A DNA stretch of 63,494 nucleotides, counting the filler, from Gonapodya sp. JEL0774 (lineage: Eukaryota): the NCBI GenBank assembly GCA_027604505.1. It is 17 parts of 17 records of this genome, joined end to end, with 100 filler letters (N's around TTAATTAATTAA, not from the genome) between each part and the next. Parts side by side here need not be neighbours in the genome. Positions count along the whole stretch, not along the records: positions 48,685 to 52,314 come from JADIIX010001209.1; positions 52,415 to 56,042 come from JADIIX010001210.1; positions 56,143 to 59,769 come from JADIIX010001211.1; positions 59,870 to 63,494 come from JADIIX010001212.1; 13 more parts are not named here. One strand, 5' to 3'. A program made the position numbers and the translations under genes. Within the stretch, counting starts at the first letter, position 1; the number at the start of each line of letters is the position of its first letter. The notes beneath the pieces were generated by a model. The model did no database searches and was not told where the DNA came from. It was given only the letters and a program-made list of their open reading frames with translations. Of the stretch, positions 48,785-59,870 are shown piece after piece.

Positions 48785-50800
48785 TCACTCCACGACAACA
48801 TCCTCTGCCTCCTCCTTCTTCACAACCTCCATCCCTTCCTCCTTGACAGCCTCGGGCACTCCACCACTGGTTGCATACGCTCCGTCCCCGACCCACCCGA
48901 CCGCACCGAACCAATCCCACACCCTCCCTGTCTTGTTCACGTCGATCCGGAACCACTTCTTCCCCTCGGCTTTCCGGACGATCTTGCCGGCCATTTTTGC
49001 TCCGATGACGATCGATTTCATAAAGAGGTACTGGGCCGGCCAGATGCGCAACACGGAGCACAGGCGGGCTTCACTGGGGCTGAGGTTGGCGAAGCCAGGG
49101 GCTGTCGCAGGGATGACGAGCGGGGCGCCTGAGTACGAATGAAGAGCGATGAAACAAGTGAATAACCTGATCGGAGGCCACTGACCCGAAAATGATCGAC
49201 AAAGAAATAAAATCTCACCTTTCCACGACACGTTCGGAACGCCCTTCCTCCCCATTTTCAAACACCATTCCTCGGGTACGAACTTGGCCATATCCTCCAA
49301 CCCGGCCGGCTCGAATCCCAAGTTCTCCACCTTTGCAATCTCCAAAATTCCTTCGCTGTGGGCTCCCGATCCACCTGTCGCCGTGGTACCGGCATGAGAC
49401 GACGCGGATCCGTCGGAGGGGAGGACGAGATGGGTCAACCCCGACCCCCGGAGCTTGTGGTCCTCACCGTGGGCGCCAGATCGGTCGGGTGTGGGGCCGC
49501 GGGCTCGAACGTGGTGAGCGGGACTTCGGGCCGGCGAGTGTGTGTGCGACATGTGGGGAGATGCGGAGGAGCCAGCGGATGTGAAGGATGACGCACGGGG
49601 GCGGACGACAGTAGTGGTGGCCACGGGGACGGTGGAGGGGAGAGAGTGAGACGGCGCGTGGGAGAGGTGGCGGGCGGGGGATGGGGATTGAGATGGAAGA
49701 TGGGATTGGGAGTGGATGGGATGGTGCGGCAAAAGGGTGGCGCGAGGAGCCTGGTACTGCGTCGGTCCGGTGGGGATTGACGAAGGCAGTGGTGGGAGGA
49801 GAGGTGCTGGGTAAGGTGAGTGCCGCTTCTTGTCGGCCTTTCGCACCACGGGCCCGGGCGCCACTGCTTTTCGCGCCTGTGCAGATTGACTGGGAGGAAC
49901 ACGCGACAAAGACGACCATGTGATGCCCTTTGGGTCAGCAGAGTCCAGCTCGTCCCACGACAAGGGAGGAGAGGACGCAGAGTATGTGGACGGTTGGGAG
50001 TCGGAGTCTTGGTCGGCCGACGTGCACACAGGACATGAGCACAGATCTGCGGGAGATGCCGATGTCACGGCCATGGCTGTACGCGCAGGTGATCTGTTGT
50101 CCCTGGGCTCGACGAGTCCGTGGCCAGGCATTCCCAGCAAGGTGCCGACTTGCATCCCACCGCCGATACTCGGGGTTCGCGCCTTGTACCAACGGGGTGG
50201 AGTTCGTGCAAGTTCTTGGCGTTCTTCGGGGGTGAGGTGAGGGGGACTCGCCGGGCGGGAGTAGAGGATGCTCGGGCGGCGTGTGTGAGTGAGGTTGGGT
50301 TGTGGGAGCGATCGGAGCAGTGCGAGGGTGGAGGCAGCAGCCAGATCGGAAGGAGTGGTTGGGCGAAGTGTGGTGTGATGAGTAGGAGGTGCCGTGGTGT
50401 ACGCGGGAGCTGCAGTGTGCTGCGGAGCGAAATGCGAAGACCTCGCGTGATGCGAAGACGGTCCAGTTTGTTGCATTACATGACCAGGACTGAGCGACAC
50501 TCCGCGGAATTCCGGCGACGCTGCAGTGAGCGCAGGAGAGGGCAGGAAATCTGAACGTGCAGGTGACGACGGAGGAGGCGTGAAGGGACCTTCTGCCGGT
50601 GCGGTGACTCCCGATGCGAAGTCGGTCACTGTGACGGGCACCGTGGTGGGTTTAGGGATATAAAATGGGGATGACGGAGTCGCTGGGTGCATGGCGAATG
50701 TAGGGATTGGGTAGGATCTCGAGGTGGGTAACGGTGGGTTGTGCATCATGCGCACTTGGGGTTGACCACCGACGGCTTCCACCACGTATACCGGGTACAT
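48785..50800 (-). CDS. SWIRM-domain protein (Fun19/YOR338W-like) with long disordered N-terminus
   Basis: VSWKG|APL...LSPSEARLCSVLRIWPAQYLFMK...FRIDVNKTGRVWDWF, with an intron at about 49129-49218. Confidence 0.88.
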   Translation of the reverse strand: MYPVYVVEAVGGQPQVRMMHNPPLPTSRSYPIPTFAMHPATPSSPFYIPKPTTVPVTVTDFASGVTAPAEGPFTPPPSSPARSDFLPSPALTAASPEFRGVSLSPGHVMQQTGPSSHHARSSHFAPQHTAAPAYTTAPPTHHTTLRPTTPSDLAAASTLALLRSLPQPNLTHTRRPSILYSRPASPPHLTPEERQELARTPPRWYKARTPSIGGGMQVGTLLGMPGHGLVEPRDNRSPARTAMAVTSASPADLCSCPVCTSADQDSDSQPSTYSASSPPLSWDELDSADPKGITWSSLSRVPPSQSAQARKAVAPGPVVRKADKKRHSPYPAPLLPPLPSSIPTGPTQYQAPRATLLPHHPIHSQSHLPSQSPSPARHLSHAPSHSLPSTVPVATTTVVRPRASSFTSAGSSASPHMSHTHSPARSPAHHVRARGPTPDRSGAHGEDHKLRGSGLTHLVLPSDGSASSHAGTTATGGSGAHSEGILEIAKVENLGFEPAGLEDMAKFVPEEWCLKMGRKGVPNVSWKGEILFLCRSFSGQWPPIRLFTCFIALHSYSGAPLVIPATAPGFANLSPSEARLCSVLRIWPAQYLFMKSIVIGAKMAGKIVRKAEGKKWFRIDVNKTGRVWDWFGAVGWVGDGAYATSGGVPEAVKEEGMEVVKKEEAEDVVVE

Positions 50801-52414
50801 GACCGAGTCTGCAGACGCAGATTCCCAGCCACAGCGAAATATATATTAAAAACGGCTTTTCGCGATGGCGAATGTGCTGCGACGAAAAACTCACCTTTTA
50901 GGTTCTCGCTTTTGTGGGCGAGTGAAGTGTCCACGCTACCGTGACCGAACTCTGTCGATTGCAGTCCAGACGGATTCAGAGAGCTCGGAATGCTTCTATA
51001 CATGAACTGTCTCGTTTCGATTGCTTCGATGCGTTGATGCGTTTCGCTTTCAGACGGTTTCGTAATGGCTGCACCAGAAACCGACACCGTCAGGACAAAG
51101 GAATTTCGCTCAATTCACGCCAGAACAGGCCCATCCAAGGGGCAAAACTCTTTATTTCTTCATTCTCCATCTGAATACTGCGGTCTCCCGTCCCGCTTGC
51201 GCTCCCACGCGCCAGATCAGAGTTCGCAGTCCCCCGGCTCAGCGCCTCCCCCATACCCCGGTGAATCCGAGATTCGCCGCCCATTCCAGCCATCCCACGC
51301 CATCTCCACAGGATTGCTCACCTTTGCGTTCGATTCTCGCGATTCTGACGGTCGTTTCGGTCTCGTCTTGGGTTGCTGGGGGAACTGTGGAAAATGAGGT
51401 CACGGGAACTCATAGCTGCACTCCCCACGGTATAAGTGTGGCACAGCCACCGATGATTCAGCCAGGGTTCAGCCGCGAACATGTGAAAAAGATTGCGCAA
51501 CGGTTTCTTTTCTTTTCCAGAACATTCGAACGTTCTGCCCAAAATCCTGAAATCGTTATTCGTTTCACGTCGTTATCCAGCGACTTCTCCATGCCGTGAT
51601 GGGCAGGGAGTCAGGGTTTCCCGCTGGTTCCTGTGATTCGATCAGGGTTCTATTGGGTCCAACCGAGACAGAGACGCGAACATCATATTAATCCGTCGCG
51701 TCGTCTCGGTGGGGGATCACTTGTCTAACGTAGCATCCATTTGCAGGCACCAGTTGACAGTCTTTCTGCCGTAGCTTTGGTGCTTTGTGATTCAGCAAGT
51801 GTCATGGTTTGGCTGAATCCAGACGGCAATACTCGTACTCATCAGGGTTTGCTTACTTTCACACAAGAGAATAGTCTCTTTTTCACATTTGTTGAAGCAT
51901 ACATTGATGCCTTGCAGGATACAGCATGATTACAAACTACTGTTTGTACTGTGTATCCCAAAATTAATATTTAGTCTATGAGCCTTTCCCAAATATCATA
52001 GCAGATATTCTTGATGTGTACCCCTCTCCAAACCACACTGGCCTGTTGAATTATGGGCAAATTGATAAGAGTTGGTTGTCCATTGAGACCTCCACTATTG
52101 GCAAACAAACATCCTGCACTCACAATGATTTTGTGAGGAACAAGTTCAGTGCTAAGCCAATCACAAACTGAAGGAGTATGGTATTCAGGATCTTCCTAAA
52201 TGTGCTGGATGTTCCAGGATCTTCAGCCATTGAGACAGAGCACTTGCCAAGTTTCCATTCCTAGAGTAAGAGAGAAACATTAAAATCTTAGGAATTCAAG
52301 ACTCACAGCAAATTNNNNNNNNNNNNNNNNNNNNNNNNNNNNNNNNNNNNNNNNNNNNTTAATTAATTAANNNNNNNNNNNNNNNNNNNNNNNNNNNNNN
52401 NNNNNNNNNNNNNN

Positions 52415-55401
52415 GCAGTTGAAATGTCAGGACGTGTCCTTCTGTTAATGTGCATCAAACTTCCAACTCCACTCCTGTAAGCTTTCCCATCGATTCCCTC
52501 TTTATCTGCCGCAGTTTGGGGACAATCTGCACGCGACAGCTCAATGTCTGGCTGCATTGGGGTGCTCACTGGTCGGCAATCAAGCACATTATAGTCAGAG
52601 AGCAATTCAACAATTTTTCTCTTGTGACGTATTGTGATTGTTCCTGTGTGTGGGCCCCGCTTTGCTTCTACACCAAGGAAGACGTCTAGATGACCAGATC
52701 TGCATTTGAAATACTTTGCAAGTTCAATTTTGAAATCATTGGTGACTTTGTCGTTTGGAGCAACGCAAATGAAATCATTAACATGACCACCTGCAATAAT
52801 CTTTCCTTTGCCATCTTCAAGTTCTTTCACAAACACAACTGGGTCCACCTGAGTCTTTTTGAAATGCATCTTGTTTATCAAAGTGTCGGAGAGCACTTTG
52901 AACCACACATTTGCAGCCTGTTTCAATCCATAGAGCGATTTCTCAAGCCTGCAAACCAGGTTGCCTCCTCCTTCACCAAAACCATGTCGTTGTTCAAGAT
53001 ACACCTGTTCTTCGAGTTCACCATTCATGAAAGCATTCGATATATCCAGTTGTGTTATGTTGTAACCACAATCAGCTGTAAGAGCCAACAGAATGTGCCA
53101 AGCCTTAGAATTCATCACTGGTGCAAATGTTTCGTTGTAATCAATTCCGTACTGTTGTGTGAATACACGTGCTACACAGCAAGCCTTAAAGCACACATTA
53201 TTGTTCGACATTTTCTTCAATGCGTAAACCGACCTTCCAGACAGAACTGGCACTCCTTTGGCTTTTCCACCCAGTCCCAAGTCTTGAATTTGCGAAGTGC
53301 TCCAACTTCCTCTTCCATTGTCATTTGCCAGTACTTTGCATACAAGCTACTCAGTGCTTCTTTGTAAGATTATGCCTCTTCATTTTGTTCCGCTGTCTCA
53401 AGTGTCACATTCAGCACAAGAGGATCTGCAGAATCATCAGAATCTGAATCAAATGGTTTCCTGTGGTCCAAATTTCTGGATTCACTCCCCCTGACAATAA
53501 ACTCTGGAGGGTTCCTGTTCATGTCTGTGAGTGGATCCGGTGAAGTATTGCAGCCTGCAGGAGGTGGTGTAGGACTTGAAGGTGACTGGAATCTCTGCAT
53601 GATCCTTGATGATCTCTGCAACTTTGAAGGCTCTGAAGGTGAAGGACAAGGTGGTGGTGTTTGATGACGTGCAGACGGTTCTGGTTCAACATCTGGCACA
53701 TCTTGCTCATTCTGTGGATGTTTAGTAGCATTTCTGAGACCAGAAGGAGGATTTTCATTAAAGCCGTCATCATTATCATCGTTGTACCTACCAGCATGTC
53801 CCATGTGCTGATCTTCATCAGGCTTCTGAACAGGAAACTTTGGAACAAAGAGATCATCTTCCGCTGCTATTGTGTCAAATCCAACATGATCATGGAATGG
53901 CAGGTATCTCTTCCTCATAAATCCCTCCTCATTCAACACAACGTCCCTGGTTACCAAAATAGAGTACCGCAAAGACAAACAATTGCGGAAAGCGCCTCTC
54001 TTCCACTCATCCAATGGCACAGTTTGGTCCACAAATTTGGACTTCTCACTCAAGTACTCGAGAGTGACCTCTGTATTCTCCTCCTCTTGTACATTACCGT
54101 CTCTGTCATATCCATCCTCATTATCTTCTTCTGCAAAGTACACCCTTTCGTAGAAACAGCCACGTCCGCCACTCTGGTTCATTCCACCTCCATGATAGCC
54201 CCCACGGTTCCCAGTACCTCTCTGTTTGTCTGGTAATCCGCAGCCACCACCATATCCACCTTCGCCACCAGACCTTCCCCAACTGTCACCATGAAAACTT
54301 CCAAACCTCGCCTGAATATCGCTTGCCCACTCTGCAGGTGTGGCTCAGTCACGACCAAAGTGTCTCTATCCTTGGCAACGGTTGCACTTGTCGAAAACCC
54401 ATCTGGAACTGCCTTTCCACGCTCCACGGCATTCACTTCATGACCCTCGAGTTGATCCCGAATTTCAGTGTTCTAAAGCGCATTGGTAATGTCGGTGACA
54501 GTTGCAGGGGTGGAATCGGGGAAAATGTGAATCGATCGTATATGTAGGCCAACCTGTCCTTTGCACCCTCCCCAAAAATCCTTTGCTCGTCAGACGGTGA
54601 TAAGGATCTGCCAGTCACTTTGTACTCGTTCTTGAGTTTGCTAAAATTTGCGAGATAGTCCATCACAGACCCATCCATTCGCACATCCTCAAGTGCCCAC
54701 CTCTTAATGAACTCCTCTGCCTTCCAATATCCATGATATGTCGCTCAGAGTCGTTCCCAGAGCTCCGCTGACGTGTTGCAACTTCGACCGTCAGGAAAAG
54801 ATCCTCAGCAATGATCAATATCAATGCTGCTTTCAATCCCCAATTGGCAACACCCCATTCCTCCTGTTTCGCTTCAATTTCTGCTTTTTTGTCTCCACTT
54901 GCTGTTGCTGGTGGGTTTTCTGGACATTTTGTGACCCCAATGGCCATGTTCCACGCCCCCGGGATCGCCTGCATCTGGACCCTCGCACTTCCCATCCATA
55001 CCAGGTAATTGTCCATTCCATTGAGCTTCCTTGTCACTCTTTTCGCCAATGCATCGTACTTTTGTGTGTCGCTCATGGTTGGTTTGACGCAGCGTGAATG
55101 GGAGTCCCTGATTCAATGTCCAAATCCATCGAAATTTCCACCTTCAGAGCTCCGGGCTCATCACCTAATGAGCTTTTGCGGGCTTAAGGGTGGTTGCGAC
55201 GTCAATATATTATCTTCAATCACTCAGTCATTGTGCACTACTGTGGTCACTACTGCTGCACTCTTGCCCCACACTCCATAACTCCACAACCAGGAACGCT
55301 AGAGAGATTGTTCTAGTACCAAAATTCAGTTACTCTTCAAGGTGGTCTCAATGTGCCTATTGGTGTTCTTAGATCACTGTCCGTTGTCGAGCTATTCAAC
55401 A
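52415..55401 (-). mobile_element. Degenerate, internally deleted Ty1/copia LTR retrotransposon
   Basis: gag-like KLNG.DNY..W (55076-54433), post-integrase motif VTRDVVLNE, RT motifs GIDYNETFAPV, QLDISNAFMNG.LEEQVY, LEKSLYGLKQA, YRSGVGSL, TRPDIS. Stops and frameshifts are present. A candidate LTR begins TGTTG at 55401. Confidence 0.92.
55154..55165 (-). other. Candidate primer-binding site GGTGATGAGCCC (internal tRNA-iMet type)
   Basis: Lies just upstream of gag and immediately after the candidate LTR. It differs by one base from the GGTTATGAGCCC-type PBS of copia/Ty5-like elements. Confidence 0.65.
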
Positions 55402-56142
55402 TCCAAACTCCATCCATGCTTCAATATCTTGCTCTGGATTCTGGAAAACATAAGCTACATCAAAGTTGCCCCGCTGCATGGACAAGAAACCTAGGTCAAA
55501 AGGACTCAATCAAAGGGTTAGGACAGAATGCCAGTTGGGTTCATGGTTGCCACAGGTGTCAATCCATGAGGAGGTAGAACATGGTGTATTTGAAGACTTT
55601 TCTGCATGACAATCATCACCACCCCCAAGATGGTCTCTCATTGATGGCATATTTTTGGATGCAGCCAGCAGACAGCAGGAGGAGTTCTGTGGCACACTTA
55701 GAGACCTTCCAGAAGGCAGGCCAGGCAGACCTGAATGCCATTGATATCAACATGGTGGAAGTCCATAAAACCTGTACCTTCAACATGAAAGGAGGCAAGA
55801 TGATGGGAGTGCACATTGAACAAGCTACATATGTCTCAGGGCTAGTCTGTCAAAATGAGTGAGGGTCTGCAAACACGAGGCAACAGGCCACTCAACAACA
55901 AGCTGGAGATGAAAGCAAGTGAAGTGGCTTATTCCAGCTCCTGGAAAATGTCCAGGCAAGATGTGTACACTCAACACATTTGATTGGATCTTCACCATGG
56001 CAGCAGGTGCTAATTGGCACTCACACATCTAGTCTTTTGTTCNNNNNNNNNNNNNNNNNNNNNNNNNNNNNNNNNNNNNNNNNNNNTTAATTAATTAANN
56101 NNNNNNNNNNNNNNNNNNNNNNNNNNNNNNNNNNNNNNNNNN

Positions 56143-57548
56143 TCGGATACGTGGTGGGACTCGCGTTCATACTTCCGTTGGGAGATCTGCTGCCCAGACG
56201 ACCCATGGGTTGGTGTCTTGTCGTCCAACTCGTCGCGGCTCTCTCGACGACTCGCTCAAACCTTCATACCATCCTCCATCACACCTCCTAGTCATCTTCC
56301 TCACCGCACTTTGCTCCGCCGTCTCCCTTTCCCTCCCTTTCGCCCCCTCTTTCCCCACCTTCCAATCCCTCAACTTCCTCCTCGGCCCCATCCTCGTCCC
56401 CATCCAAATCCTCCTCCCGGCCGTCGCCGATCTGTCCCCGCCCTCCCACGTCGGCCGGAACATGACCTGGGTCATCATGGGGATGATGGCAGGGATGCTC
56501 CTCTCACGCGCACTCAGCGGGGCCATAGCCACCGGGACGGGACGGTGGGAGGCGCCGTACTGGACGCTCGCGGGCGTCCAGGCGTTGTTGGTGGCGGCGC
56601 TGTGGAAGTGGATGCCGGATTTGGAGAGGAAGATCGGCGAGAGTGAAGGAACGGGATATTTGAAGCTGTTGAAGAGTTGTGTGGTTTTGTTTGGGCGGCA
56701 TGCTCGTACGTTTATGCTTCGTCGGGGGATCTTTATGGTGCCGCCTATGTGAAGTTGGTTCTACTCTATTAACGCACCTTCGTCAGCGCTCCGACAATCG
56801 AGTGCAATGGCATTCCTCTGCTGGTTGTCCTTCTTCGACTTCTGGACGAGTATCACGTATCACTTGTCTGGCGAGCCCTTCAATTACGCACCGGGAGTCG
56901 TGGGAACGGTGAGGCTGAGGGCGAGCCTATTTTGACCATGCAGTCCCGGAGATCCTCACAGATATCGCGCACTGGTGATTACCACTCCAGGTCGGACTCG
57001 CTGGCGCAGCGGCGATTCCATTCGCAGTCATGATCGGACAGGTCACGGACCGAGTGGGGACATTTCAGACCATCCTTATCGGGGAGGCCTTGGTGGGTGA
57101 CTCATCACTTGTTTCGCGACGAGCACGCCAATTCCGCCACTGATCCACAACAATCAATCACCCTTTTACCCGTCAGATCGCTCTCTCGTGGATCATCGCT
57201 GCCACCGCCGGCCGCACCTCACTCCCCTCCATCTTCATCTCCGGGTTCCTCATCGAACTCGCTTTACAAACCCAGCAAGTACCCAACCAAAAGCGGGTCT
57301 TTCTCCTCGACCCTGCCGCCCGCACGAGATCCAACAGCGTGTACATGCTCTTCGCCTTCGCTGGAAGCGCGGCGGGGAGTGCACTTGGCGCGCAGACGTT
57401 TGCGAGGTGGGGGTGGAGTGGGAGTGCGGGACTTGGTGTAGCGGCGGCGGGGGTGTCGATGGTGATATGGGTGCTTGGTGGGGAAGATGGGGAGGGAAAC
57501 TGGTGGCGACAGCGTTTGAACTTGGCCAATCGATCCCATCCGAAATAA
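56143..57548 (+). CDS. MFS transporter (YnfM-like bacterial-type family), multi-exon, 5'-truncated
   Basis: GYVVGLAFILPLGDLLPRR, GMLLSRALSG, NQKRVFLLDPAARTRSNSVYM..AFAGSAAGSALG...WGW. Confidence 0.88.
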
Positions 57549-57990
57549 GAAGAGCACAATGTACAGTCAGTGTAGCGTGGATCATGCGAGCTTCCCGATC
57601 TGACCGGATTCGAGTTTGAAGCGGCGTCGTGGGTCCTTGAGCGGTACGAACAACTGACAGCAAGGTGATTCCAAACATCACTCAAATTTTCATATGTACA
57701 GCAGTCATTCAAGGACTGATCTAAGAGGCCTATCTAAAAAGAGACAATCACGCGACTAGACTCCATTGAGACGTCACCACGCAGCCCTGCAAGCGGGTCC
57801 CGAGCGTGGTGAAAACAGAGAGGCATCCGAGGGCAACCTTGGGGACAGACAACTGAGTCCATTTTTCAAACCGGCAAGTCCAGAGGAGATTATAAAACAT
57901 AGAAGTGGGGAAAGACATCTCAGGGGCTAACTTTTGCAAAGAAACTCTCTTGAGGAACTCGGAACACTCGATCTGAGGACGCGAAGCCGT

Positions 57991-59298
57991 TCAGTAACCT
58001 CCACCGCCACGACCACGACCACCGTAGCCGCCGCTAGTAAAAGAGAGGAAAAGGGATGGTGGGTCAGCTTGCAGCTTTGTGGGGACAGCAGCAGAAAACC
58101 GGAAAACGGCAACACGTCAAAGGTACCCACCCGCCGTAGCCACCACCACCACCGTACCCGCCACCGTTGCCGTAGTCTCCGCCACCGCTGTTGTAGCCGC
58201 CACTAAATGGGGGGAATGGTAATGGAAAGAACGTTCGGGGATGTTATGAGTCACCAACCATCAACGTTCGAGCAGATCAAAACGCGAAGGGAGTGCGCTT
58301 TTCAACTCACCCGCCGTAACCGCCACGGCCGCCGTAGCTGAATGGAATGAGTGGGAAAGGAGAAGTTGATGATGAGAAGCGCGTACGTGGTCCTGGTATC
58401 ACCTCCAAAAATGGCAACTGCCCGTTCTTTTGCAGTGCAGGAATGCTCTGGCTACTCACCCGCCACCTCCACCTCGGCCTCCACGGAAGCCACCACCTCC
58501 TCCGTAACCGCCACCACCACCGCCACCTCCACCAGCAGGGCGCTCGTTGGCCAGGTTTACGCGGATGTTACGTCCGTCCACTAGATGGTTGGACAAAAAC
58601 GGAAAGGGAATAATAGTTCATAAGCAGTGGGACATATTCGAAAATGTGCGAGCTCTGTACGTACAGTCCTTCTCGTTGGCACCCTGGTTGAGAAGGTGGA
58701 ACGATCACCAATGGACGGATCAGTGCAAAATTTTCGATTAGGGCATTCTTTGAGCGTAATCAGCGTTATGAAAACTAACCTCAATGGAGGCGTTGGCCTC
58801 GTCGGGGGAGGAGAAGGTGACGAAACCGAAACCGCGGGAACGGCCCGTCTCGCGCTCCTTCATGACCTGGAAAATCATTGTTTGAAAGAAAGGGCGAATC
58901 AGTTTAAATTGAGCTTTCAAGAATGAGTCGAGAACAGAACAAGGTCCCCACGCGGTACCGGAGAGCTGAGACTTACGTATGCCTCCTCAACGTTGCCGAA
59001 CTCGGCGAACTTGTTGCGCAAGCTGTCGTCGGTTGTAGACCACGCTGATTCACGCGAGCGTCGGATTCGAATGATTTGTAGAGAAGATGGAAAAAAAAAA
59101 ACGCAAAACCAAGGGTGAGCTGGCAATCACAGTTGAACACTCCGGGAAGGAGGAGAGGAGGAAAACGACGATAATCGATCCTCCCATCGACGGATTCACG
59201 TCGAACGGGACTCCCGGTCCTCCTGTGGGCGCTCACACCCCGATTGAAAAGGTAGCGGGACACTCACACAAGTTTCCGACGAAGACCTTGGTACCCAT
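57991..59298 (-). CDS. Glycine-rich RNA-binding protein (RRM + RGG/YGG tail), multi-exon
   Basis: KVFVGNL (RNP2), TGRSRGFGFVTF (RNP1), LDGRNIRVN and GGY-rich exons. Confidence 0.95.
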
Positions 59299-59870
59299 AA
59301 TGTCAGTGGCGAATTGGCGAGCGGTAGAAAGCAGAGACGGTATGCGAAGCAACCGCGAAATCTGCGAGGGGGCGAAGAGCGACGTTTTTGGAGTGGGTGG
59401 AGAAAAGAAAGGGGCCGCTGGTGCGAGAAACAAAACTCGACTGGGCCACGTTTTGTGTGGCGGAGTCTGCCAGGGTGCTGGTACACAAAGTTGAACCCTG
59501 ATCTCTTTGATACTCGTGGGTCCTACTTTATTGCTTGACGCTGTTATGGAAATACTCTTTTTCATTGCGATTCTCACAGATTTCCAGACCGCCGGTTGTT
59601 GTCAGGTTCTCGTTCCTCAGCCTTGGGTTGAAGCTGCTTCAACTAATGTTTTGACCATCCCTCAGAAAATCCGGATTGGTGGCAGGAAAAGCGCATAATA
59701 CTTTGGATCAGAATCCATTGGAAATTGGCTCTGTGTGTCTTGGCATGACTAAAAATTGGAAGAAAACTANNNNNNNNNNNNNNNNNNNNNNNNNNNNNNN
59801 NNNNNNNNNNNNNTTAATTAATTAANNNNNNNNNNNNNNNNNNNNNNNNNNNNNNNNNNNNNNNNNNNNT

